Shown here piece after piece: positions 40,101-51,765 of a DNA stretch of 64,000 nucleotides. Position 1 is the first letter of the stretch. Each line of letters opens with the position of its first letter. Source of the stretch: Octopus sinensis (Eukaryota); contig NC_043004.1 of NCBI RefSeq assembly GCF_006345805.1, positions 80,538,001 to 80,602,000 on the forward strand. Reading direction: 5' to 3'. The translations under genes and the position numbers were made by a program. The notes below the pieces were generated by a model. The model searched no databases. It saw nothing but the letters and a program-made list of their open reading frames with translations, and was not told where the DNA came from.

Positions 40101-41753
40101 GTTTCTCCTCACCCTCTCAGAGATAGATTGTGTATACATGGATATACATACCTCTGTGTGTGTGTGTGTATAAAGAGAGAGAAAGATGCACACACATATA
40201 TATGTATGTGTGTGTATGTGTGAATAAAAAGATAGATATACATAGATATTGATGTATGTATACAGATATATTTGTATGTATGGGTCTGTGTGCATATATA
40301 TGCATGTGTGTATATATATGTAAAGAGTGAGAAACATGCATATACACCTATATATACATACATACATACATATGTGTGTGTGTGTATATTCATATATATA
40401 TATGTGTGTGTGTGTGTATTCATATATATATATATATATGTATATTTATATATACATACATACACACACACATGCAGACACACACACACACACACACACA
40501 CACAGATATTTCATATTTCCAAAAGTCTTTTGCACCATTATTGAAAAGTCTGCAGGGTGTTAGTATTGATATAAGGACTGGAAAATGCTGTTGTACATTG
40601 ATTTTCGTTTCGGTCTTTACAGCATTACGCTGAATGCATTACTACAAAGAGGGTAGATATGATACAACATTGACATTAAATATTTTACACTAGTTAGTTG
40701 CCAACCTCTGCATGCCAAGTTCAAATCTTGCTGGAAGACCTGAAGACCTTTTTTTTTTTTTTATTTTGTGATTATACCAGGAAGTGCATTCAAGGGTTGT
40801 ACAACCTCAGTACTTTGTTACTTATTTGGGCCATTATGATGAAAGTTGAAGTAAAACCATTTTTTAAAGATTTTGTTTGTTTTTTTTAGAATATCGATTG
40901 GCATTAGGAAGGGCATCCTGTCATAGAAACCATGCCAAACCAGACTGGAACTTGGTGAAGCTCTCTGGCTTACCAGTTTCAGTCGACCTGTCCAACCCAT
41001 ACCAGCATGGGAAGCAGGTGCTAAAGAGTCGTAGTGGTGGTGGTGGTGGTGATGATGATGATCAGGGTAATGGTGATGGATGATGCTGTGCTGATGATGA
41101 TGATCAGGGTGATCTATAACATTCACCATATACCAATATGTAAAATATACTGTCGTTGTTGTCATCAGCATCATCATCATCATCATCAGTTAACATCTGT
41201 TTTCCATGCTGGCATGGGTTGGACGGTTTCACTGGTACTGGCAAGTCTGAAGACTCTGCTGCCTGCCTTGGCTTGGTTTTTACCGCTTGGTGCCCTTCCT
41301 AATGCCAACCACTTTACAGGGTGTACAAAAGGGGCCTTTTACATAGCATTGGCTTGTTAGTGAGGTCGCTAACAAGCAACTCACAGAACAAGACCCCTTA
41401 ACTGGAGTAGGGGTGGGGGATTAAAGAAATGAGGGAACAAAAAATGTGTCTTACATCACACCAGGTTAAGGGGACAATTGTGACCACTGACCATTGTTGT
41501 CCAGCATTCTTTGAAATTTCAAGGTCAATCTAAATAAACACCACAAGGTCTTTTAGGCTGCTCTGGAGAAATCCAGAGAAATCAGTAGTTGATATTCTCA
41601 GGTGAAATTAAGGCGATGAGCTAGAAGATTCTTAATGTGAATTTGTGTGTTGAAACAAATTTTGTTTATACCAGTGCATGTGTTAATTATATTGGGATAA
41701 TGACACAACAAAATTTTTATTATTCTAATTATTTTTTTTCTTTTCTTCAACAG

Positions 41754-42457
41754 ATGATGTTTTGGCCCTGATTAAAAATTCAGAAAAAAATACTATGGGT
41801 CACTTGAGCGAGATTTACCGAATCCCTTGGAGTGAGCACCACAAACCAGTGAACAAGCTTTTTGCAAGTTTGTTTGATTACGTGAAGCAGGGACAAGTTG
41901 AAATTCCCATCATTGTAAACGAATTCTTCGACCAGCTCTTGCCTCTTGTTTTCCGATATGCTGTCAATGATCCAACGGTGACCAACTACAAAGAATCACT
42001 CAACGATTGCCTCATCAAGTTGCGTCGTCATTTGCACCCACAACCGTTTGGTACCTTCTCTCGTAAAATGGCTCACGAGCTCTCCACAGTCCTCTGGGCT
42101 GCCAGATCCTACCTTCACGCTCTCTCTGTAGTTTCTGACACCATAAACGCAACAAACCACCTGGATACAGAAGAAACCTGCAAGAAAGGAATTACCCAGA
42201 TGTTGTTCTGTTCTCAATGCAAGGGCCATGTCGGTGTGAAACCTTGCAAGGATTTCTGCCAGGATGTCATGCACAGTTGCTTCAGCAAACAAATGGAAGT
42301 CAGCTATGAGTGGGATGAAATTGTTCGGTTGTTGCGCCAACTTACTCGCTACATGGTTGGACCAAGTGGTTTGGAATCTGTACTCAAAAATATCGACAGG
42401 GTTATTTCCGATGGCATTATGAATGCAATGGACAAAGCGCCGGAATTCACCCCAACG
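41754..42457 (+). CDS. GPC5: Internal coding exon (equivalent to vertebrate exon 3) of a glypican, GPC3/GPC5/Dally subfamily
   Basis: Polypyrimidine tract + CAG acceptor ending 41753 (phase 1) and GTAAGT donor at 42458 (phase 0). The translation has the glypican Cys signature CKKGITQMLFCSQCKGHVGVKPCKDFCQDVMHSC. FFDQLLPLVF and ISDGIMNAM resemble GPC5/Dally more than GPC4/6, and a single ~700-bp exon matches GPC3/5 structure. The symbol denotes the subfamily only. Confidence 0.93.
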
Positions 42458-42504
42458 GTAAGTTTCATAATGTTCCTATTTTTCCCATTCCATTCCTACT
42501 TCTT

Positions 42505-42900
42505 TGGGTCTCTGGTCCTCCCTGTCCTGATCTATAATTATGAGATTTGGACACTGTCCAGGGCCCTTAGGAGCCCCTTGTACTCCTTTGGTACAAGGAA
42601 GCTGTGCAGGATTATCATTTACCATTTACGCAGAAACTGGGAAGCATCCTATTACTTAGGTGATTCAGGAATGCCTGCTCAGAGTTCTTGGCCATGTTGC
42701 TCAGTTTTCCAAGTTAGAATCTGATTACCATTTTCTCTTCACTGAATATCTGGATGGGTTGATGGCTTGTTTTAGTCAACAATGTGCCACCTGTTCATGA
42801 CAGATGAAGGATAATCTCCATGAAGATGGAGACTGACTGGGACTCTGCTGGACAGGCCAACTGGGAGGTGTCGGGACATGCTTCATTGCATGTGTCATGC
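42505..42900 (+). mobile_element. Decayed RTE ORF2 fragment just downstream of the glypican donor
   Basis: SLVLPVLIYNYEIWTL...SFGTRKLCRII resembles the RTE motif V.PVLLYG.ETWTL...F....LRRI. The right boundary is uncertain. Confidence 0.6.
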
Positions 42901-43791
42901 ATCAATGCACTGCAAAAACATATGACCCCATCCCTGACCCCATCTCTTGACTCCATAAAAATGGTTGAACAAATAAGGTGCTGGGTGAACTACCTACTCA
43001 CAGATGGGAGGTTTCACATCCAATACTGGATATATTTTGCACCCCTTTTCTTCATATGTAACTCTCAGAAAAAATTGTGCATGCAACTAAAGTGTAGAAC
43101 TCTCTTTCAAATTTAAGCTTTTCTGTTTTTATTCTAAATATATTGATTCAGATTAATTAACCTGTAAAATGTAATTAACCTGTCAAATGTAATGTTTATT
43201 TATTTATTCATATTGTTTTAAGTTAATCATGCATTATCTCATAGCTTTGAGATTTCAATTATGTGATTGTTTATTTTTTAGAAAGACATTGTCAGGTAGG
43301 TGTGAGAGGCTAAACCTAGCTGGTTTGAACACAAAACGGGTAGAACATGTAGGCTGGATACAGCCTGTTTAAAAACTAAACGGTTATTTTAGCTGATCAT
43401 GTATATACACACGAGTCTCTCTCATCTGGATTCACTGCAATGTAATTATGTATTGGAGTTTAACGTCTTATTAATTGATTGCGTGATTACTATGGATTCA
43501 TTCTTTGATGCTTATGCACCTGTTCTCTTCACTAGTAAAAGTCAATATGTCAGGCTAATGACTCACTATTTTGTCATAGCACAGATGTAACCCTATGAGT
43601 TCTTGTGATTTCGTATTTCATCTCCAGGGCCAAAATTGGTTCCCCCATCCCTGACTTGAGTATTGCTTCTATAGTTCAACTCTCTGTAGTCTTGCAGTGT
43701 AATGGTGTGCAATTTTCTTTTGGGTATATTTACTTTTTACAGAGTGCAACAAAAAGTCCTCCTGGATTTAAAATTTCTGGTAAATGTTTAA

Positions 43792-44010
43792 CCCTTTAGC
43801 GTTCAGATTATTCAATCAAACATAATGCCTATTAATTCCCATTGATTTGAATTAATCATGCATTATCTCATATCTTCAAGATCTCAATGGTGTAATTACT
43901 TAACGTAGAATAACATTGTAGGGTAGGTGTGAGAGCCTGGATCTGATCAGTTTGAACATAAAACAGATTAACTATTTTGACTGGATATGGCCGGTTTAAA
44001 TACTAAAAGG
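43792..44010. mobile_element. TTAA MITE, same family as 29790-30009 (decayed third copy about 43140-43386)
   Basis: TTAA-ccctttagc...tactaaaagg-TTAA; shared internal gtagggtaggtgtgagag. Confidence 0.82.
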
Positions 44011-44731
44011 TTAAACAGTAAGCACACAAGTATGTCCCAGTTCCAGTCATGTTGGGAACTGAAAAAAATAAAAGAAATAAAATGGTGAAGCATGTGCTCT
44101 ATAAAGACATCTTTACTGCATATCTGACTTAACTAGCGCCACAACAATGGCTCTATACAATATGGGAAATTTTTCTGCCACACTTTATGTATGTTTATAC
44201 ACTTTTATAAGCTTAGCTTGTTGGGTTCGGCATTTATCAGTTTTTGAATAACTTTAGCAGTAGTCACCCTGGTACTAAAAGCTGTCTAGAAACTTTGGGT
44301 TTCATGAAACCAAAACGTTTTTTGGTTATGCTTAAATCATCTGTATTTGGCCCCTTGGGGTAGTAAAGAAATAGGTACACGTGTCTATGGAGTACTCAGC
44401 CACTTGCACATCAATCTCATGGACAGGCTGTTCCATTGATTGGATCAACTGGAATCACATGCCGCAACTGAGAGATTTTCAGTTTAACAATATTCCCATT
44501 AATTACAGGTCTCACCACTCATCGCTATAGATCTTGATTAATGCCTAATTAATTTACTAGTTCCATCTTCGTTATACTCTCGGCCAATTGCTTATCAAGC
44601 CAATTTCTCAACCACTATGACTTGGAAGCTTCTCCATGGCTATCTTTTATAAAGTTTCTGTTAAACAAGATTCTGCTTTAACAAGCATGTCTTTCATACG
44701 CATGTACATGTGTGCACACGTGCACGCGTCC

Positions 44732-44762
<31 letters not shown>

Positions 44763-44779
44763 AAGTACAGTTTACACTG

Positions 44780-45175
44780 AAAGGTAGTGAGCTGGCAGAA
44801 ACGTTAGCAGACCGGGCAAAATGTTTAAGCGGTATTTTGTTCTGAGTTCAAATTCCGCTGAGGTCGAATTCACTTTTCATCCTTTCGGGGTCGATAAATT
44901 AAGTACCAGTTACGCACTGAGGTCGATGTAATCGACTTAATTCATTTGTCTGTCCTTGTTTGTCCCTTGTGGGTAGTAAAGAAATAGGTATTTTGTCTGC
45001 CGTGACGTTCTGAGTTCAAATTCCGCCCAGGTCGACTTCGCCTTTCATCCTTTCGGGGTCGATAAATTAAGTACCAGTTACACACTGGGGTCGATGTAAT
45101 CGACTTAATCCCTTTGTCTGTCCTTGTTTGTCCCCTCTGTGTTTAGCCCCTTGTGGGTAGTAAAGAAATAGGTAC
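44780..45175 (+). mobile_element. SINE family B tandem dimer
   Basis: Head, body and tail, then a restart at ggtattttgtctgccg. Low divergence between the two bodies. Confidence 0.82.
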
Positions 45176-45546
45176 ATTTTACACTACATGCATATGTGAC
45201 AGAGAGAGAGAGAGAGAGAGAGAGAAAGAAAACAGTAGAGAGAGTTGTCAAGTTAGTTTTTAATTAGGTTTACACTTTAAAGCCAAGTTATTCAATATAC
45301 ACTTATTGTTTTTAAAAACACTAATTAAAAGTATTAATTAAAAGTATTGCTTAAAAGCATTATATCTGGCACATTACATAAACAGCAATGCAATTTCATA
45401 ATTTCGATTGTATGGAGTTTATGGCACTTAGGATAATATTATTGTTAGAACCAGAAATGAAGTCAAAGATGTGAGGCTGAAGCAGCCATTTTCACATGGG
45501 TCGTTCACAATGGTTTCTCAACAAAAGAACATAATGATAAGCATTC

Positions 45547-45767
45547 TCTTTTACTTGTTTCAGTCCTTTGACTGTGGCCATGCTGGAGCACCACCTTTAG
45601 TTGAGCAAACCGACCCCAGGACTTATTCTTTGTAAGCCTAGTACTCATTCTATTGGTCTCTTTTGCCGAACTGTTAAGTTACGGGGACGTAAACACACCA
45701 CCATCGGTTGTCAAGCGATGTTGGGGAGACAAACACAGACACACAAATATATACACATACACATGCA

Positions 45768-45827
<60 letters not shown>

Positions 45828-46005
45828 ATATATATAATATATATATATACATACATATGGGCTTCTTTCAGTCCGTCTGCCAAAACCACTCACAAGGCTT
45901 TGGTCGACCTGAGACTATAGTAGAAGACACTTCCCCAAGGTGTCACACAGTGGGACTGAACCCAGAACCATGTGGTTGGTAAGCAAGCTACTTACCACAC
46001 AGCCG
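45547..46005 (-). mobile_element. SINE family A, full length
   Basis: tcttttacttgtttcagtc ... cttaccacacagcc. Confidence 0.82.
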
Positions 46006-46531
46006 CTCTTCGTCCTTTCATTTCATATTTCAAATAAATATTCAGACTGAATTTTCAAACATAACCGGGCTCATGTTACCACCTGATGATCAGAAAGGAG
46101 TAACTCTGAGTACTGTGAATCGGAGCACCTTGCTAACAATTCTGCCATTTTGCTGCATTCATAACCATCATCATCATCATCATCATCATCGCCATTGTCT
46201 TTGGCGTTTAACGTCCGCTTTCCATGCTGGCATGGGTTGGATGGTTTGGCTGGGGACTGCTGAGCCAGAAGGCTGCACCAGGCTCCAATCTTGATCTAGC
46301 AATGCTTCTACAGCTGGATGCCTTTCCTAATGCCAACCACTCCAAGAGTGTAGTGAGTGTTTTTAAGTGCCACCGGCACGAGGACCTGTCAGGCACTACT
46401 GGCAACAACCATGCTCAAAAGGTGGTTTTTATGTGCCACCTGCATGGGTGCCAGTCCGGTGGCACTGGCAACGACCACACTCAAATGTTGTTTTCCATGT
46501 CCCAGCGGCACATGTTCCAGCAAGGTGAAAT

Positions 46532-46564
<33 letters not shown>

Positions 46565-47860
46565 GTTTCAAATTTTGGCACAAGGCCAGTACTTCAGGGG
46601 TGGAGGGTAGGTCGATCACATTGACCCCAGTATGCAACTGGTATTTACTTTATCAGTCTTGAAATGATGAAAGGCAAATTCAGTGATAATGGTGATATAG
46701 AATGAGTGAAATAATACAAAACACAACAAAACAAAAAAAAATTGTTTTAAATAAAATGAAAAAACAAAAAAAGGTAAATAAAGCTTTTCACCATTCCAGC
46801 AGACTTTTCTGTAAGAGTCTTAACTGATTTCTTGCTTTTGTATCAAAGCTTTTAACAAACTGGGAAGCCAGATTGTATGTTGCAAGGAAAATAAAAATAA
46901 AAATAAAAATAAAAGGAATAAATTTACACAACTAGAAAAGAAAAAAAGAAGGCTGTAAAAAAAATTATAGAAATTAAACAAAATCCTTACCCACTCCTCC
47001 CCCGGCCCACCCCCTGTCCTTCCTGTTAACTTCATAACCACTAAACACCTCTCTCTCTCTCTGTCTTTCTCTTTTTTGCTCTCTCACCTCTCATTTTCTC
47101 TCTCTCTCTTTGCTCTTTCTCTCTCTGTCTCTCTCTCTCTCTCTCTGCCTCTCCCTTTTTCCTTTGTCTTCCTTCATCTTTTGCTCTTTCTTGCCCTCTC
47201 TTTCTCCTCTCTTCCACTCTTTTCTCACCATCTCTCCCACTTCTCCCTTCTCTCTCTTTCTTTGCTCTGCTCTCTCTCTCCCTCTCTTTTGCCCTCTGTC
47301 TCTCTGTCTCACTCTCTCTTTTCTGCCTTTCTCTCACACTTACTCTCTCTTTATCTCCTCTCGTTACTCTCTCCTTTCCTCTCTCCTTCTTCCTCCCTTA
47401 CTGTCTCTCTCCCCATCACTCTCTCACTTCCCCTCTCTCTCTCCCCTTCTTTGTCCCTTATTGTCTCTCTTTCCCATCACTCTCTCCCTCTCATCTTCCT
47501 CTCTTACTATCTCTGTCTTCCTCTCTCTTCCTCTCACCACTACTCAATAGCTAACAGTTACTTCTCAACAACACCTACCTATTAACAAGGTTCTTAGTAT
47601 TTCTACGCTTGTGTGTGTGTGTGTGTGTGTGTGTCTCTGTGTGTGTGTGTGAGTGTGTGTTATCTATACAGATATCTCTGCGTGCATGCATACATGCTTG
47701 TGTGCGTGTGTTTATATATCTGCATATATATATATATGTTCTTGTGTGTGTATGGTTATGTGTAACCACACTGGTATCAGGTTTATGTTTAAATGTATAT
47801 ACAAATGCTTTTTTCCCCATCTTTTTTACCTATTTGTGCCCGTGTGTGTGTGTGTGTGTG

Positions 47861-47937
<77 letters not shown>

Positions 47938-49278
47938 ATATATATGTGTGTATGTGTATATATATGTGTGTGTATGTGTATAACCTACAATTTTTAGAAG
48001 TATATATTATATATTGAGAATGTATTATTTGTATAGGTCTTATATTTATATAACAGTCTATTCCTGTTAGAATTCACTATATGTGTGTGTGTGTGTGTGT
48101 ATGTATGTGTGTGTGTGCACACACATTTGTAAGAGAGAAACTGAGGAATATATATACCAATGTGTTTATATATGAGGGAATATTGTATTTGTTTGTGTGG
48201 GTATATTTATAAGCCTACACAAATGCATCTATGCATACATGCATATCTATACATATATGTGTGTGTTTGTATATATATATATATACACACACATACACAC
48301 ATGCATGCGTACAAGAAACCAGAGGTGTGTGTATGTATATGTGTATATATGTGTATATTATATATAATATATGTATGTGTATATATATATATGTGTGTGT
48401 ATCATCATCATCATCATCATGTGTGTGTGTATATATATATATATATGTGTGTGTATATATATATATATATATGTCTGTATATATATATGTATATATATAT
48501 ATATATGTTTGTGTGTGTGTGTATGTGTATATATGTGTGTGTGTGTATGTGTATATATGTGCGTACAGGCACACACAAAGTGGTGAGAACAAGACTTTCA
48601 TTCGAAACACCTTCATATTGTCGTCTTCCTTTCTCATTACCGCTGTTTCCCCTCCAGTTCTTCATCCTCTCTTTCCCTTTTCTCACCCTAATACTAGCAC
48701 ACACACACACTCTCCCTCCCCCCCTTCTCTCTCTCTCTCTCTACAGATCTGTTTAAAAGCAAGCAGCAGCTTTGCCAGTCAGTTCCTTATAAGTTAGAAT
48801 TCCATACCACTGCTAGAGTGGAGATGTACACAGATGCTGCTGTTACTGACGACGATGATGGTGGTGATGGTGATGATGATGATGGCAGTGGTGGAGAGAG
48901 TTGTGATGGTGGTGGTGGTGGTGGTGGTGGTTAGAGCAGTAGAGGTGTGAGTAGTGTTTCCAATGATGGTGGTACTTGTGGTGGTGGTGGTAGTTCTGAT
49001 TATGGTTGATGATGACAATGGTAGTTGTGGTGATGGTGGCTTCGGAAGTGCTGAGCAATGATGGTAACCAAAATGATGATGATGATAGCGCTGGTGGTGG
49101 TGGTGATGGTGGCAGCAGTGGGGATGGTGGTGAGGGTGATGATGATGATGACGACGATAGGTATAAATAACTTCCCTGTGACCAAATCCTCACCGCACTC
49201 ACTGTTTATAAATAAATAAATCCCTTTCTCTCTTGTGATTAACTTATACGCATGTTTGTATGTGTTCATGTGTGTGTA

Positions 49279-49319
<41 letters not shown>

Positions 49320-49394
49320 GTGTGTGTGTGTATGTATATATATATGTGTGTGTGTGTTTGTATATGTATGTATATATATATATATGCACTTGTG

Positions 49395-49451
<57 letters not shown>

Positions 49452-49655
49452 CATATACACATATAAACACACATGTATACACACACACACATATATATAT
49501 ATACACTCATGGAGTGGTTGGCGTTAGGAAGGGCATCCAGCCGTAGAAACATTGCCTGATCATTGCCTGGTGCAGCCTTCTGGCTTTCCAGACCCCAGTT
49601 GAACCGTCCAACCCATGCTAGCATGGAAAGCGGACACTAAACGATGATGATGATG

Positions 49656-49692
<37 letters not shown>

Positions 49693-50955
49693 AATATATA
49701 TATACACACACACACACACATACATGCATAAATGCACCCATTTTACTTTTGTTAACCATCTATAATCTGAACAATTACTGGAAAGAGTGGGGAGGGTGAT
49801 GAGAGATGCAAAACCCAATCTATGTCTGCATCCCCCCTCCCATCTACCCACTGATTATCTGCTCTAATCCAATACTACAAGTGTATATGAAATCTAATTT
49901 TGTGCTTAGATTTTTAGAACATTTCCGCCACCAAGGAACCACGAGTCTCTAGGTGGTTGTGGGAATCTGTTAAAAATAACAGCTAAGACTTTTTTTAACT
50001 CCACTCCACTACCATCTTAGAAAATAACATGTGGCGTGATTGCTTCATGCGGTACTGGGTTTTCGGTATATAAGAATAAACAAACAAGGTGGTCGTGGTT
50101 AGAAGGTCTGTGATCAGTGGTGCTCTGTTAGATTGCAATGGTAGTGACTGACCTAGTGTTAAACAAAAGCCACTAGTTAAACATCTTTCATGTTTTTTTT
50201 TCAATTCCTGCTTTGTTATATCAAAACAACAAACATCCTGGAAATGTTTACACAGTAGACTGACAACAACCGTCACCGTTTAGTTCAAATTGTCTACAGA
50301 GATTGTATACCATTGCTTACAAAGATTTTGCAACATGTTATGAAGCATGGACATGCTTTCACAGAAGACAGCAAACAAATGACACCACTCACTCATTGTA
50401 AACGATGGCTTTGGTAACAAACACATCTGTGTACAGAGTTCAACTGGACCCCACACAGGCCCTAACTACTTACATATATAAAAAGATCAAAGGTCATTCC
50501 CACACCATAGGCTCATGAGGCTGGTTTCTTGGATTCTGTGGAGTGAAGTGTTTTGCTCAAGACCACAATGTATCACTCGGTCCAGGAATTGAAACCACAA
50601 TCTTATAATCATGAGAGCAACACTTTAACAACTACGCCATGTGCCTATATATATGCATATATGTGTGTGTATATGTATGTATATATATTTATATATGTAT
50701 ATAGAAAATACAAAAATGGGACAAGAACGCAAAACATTCAAACAGGCGATACAAAAAAATACAAGGACGGGTCATTCGGAGTTTTCTATCCTTAGTTGAG
50801 TTTCAGATTATCTTTGAAATTTCGGCTGGTTATACTGGAGATTGCTCCAATCTGGCCAGCCCCAATGAAAAACTAAGCTAAGAGCATTAGATTCCTTGGA
50901 AGAAAGTGGTCTGCGAAAACAGAAATAGTATACAAATACTAATGCAATTAACAGG

Positions 50956-50991
<36 letters not shown>

Positions 50992-51126
50992 GTATGTATG
51001 TATGTATGTATGTATATATGTATATATAGACAATAAGAAAATGGAGGAAAAATAACAATAAGAAGTGTGTCCTTAAACAACTCTAACTAAGGCCTATCTA
51101 TGTATATATGTGTATATATATTTATA

Positions 51127-51157
<31 letters not shown>

Positions 51158-51172
51158 GTGTGTGTGTATATA

Positions 51173-51204
<32 letters not shown>

Positions 51205-51249
51205 TGTGTGTGTGTATATATATATATATGTACACACACACAGGTGCAG

Positions 51250-51570
51250 GTGTAGTTGTGTGGTAAGTAGCTTGTTTCCCAACCACATGGTTCCGGGTTC
51301 AGTCCCACTGCGTGGCACCTTGGGCAAGTGCCTTCTATAACCTCAAGTCGACTAAAGCCTTGTGAGTGGATTTGGTAGCCAGAAACTGAGAGAAGCTCAT
51401 CCTATATATATTTATAGGTCTGTGTCTTTGTGTCTCTGTTTGTTCCCTCAGCATTGCTTGACAACTGATCTTGGTGTGTTTACGCGCATCCGTAAACTAG
51501 CGGCTTAGCAAAAGAGACTGATAGAATAAGTGATAGGCCTACAAAGAATAAATCCTCGGGTCAATTTGAT
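51250..51570 (+). mobile_element. SINE family A copy
   Basis: tgtgtggtaagtagcttg...gggttcagtcccactgcgtggcaccttgggcaagtg. Confidence 0.8.
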
Positions 51571-51688
51571 ATGGAAAGCGGACGTTAAACGATGATGATG
51601 ATGATATATATATTCCACTTCTTTATTTGTGTCAGTCATTTGACTGTGGCCATGCTGTAACAATGTCTTAAAGAGTTTTAATCAAATT

Positions 51689-51765
<77 letters not shown>

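Noticed and set aside
41762-42724. 320-aa ORF as a complete gene
   Set aside because: No signal peptide or GPI region; clear splice sites delimit 41754-42457 as an internal exon.
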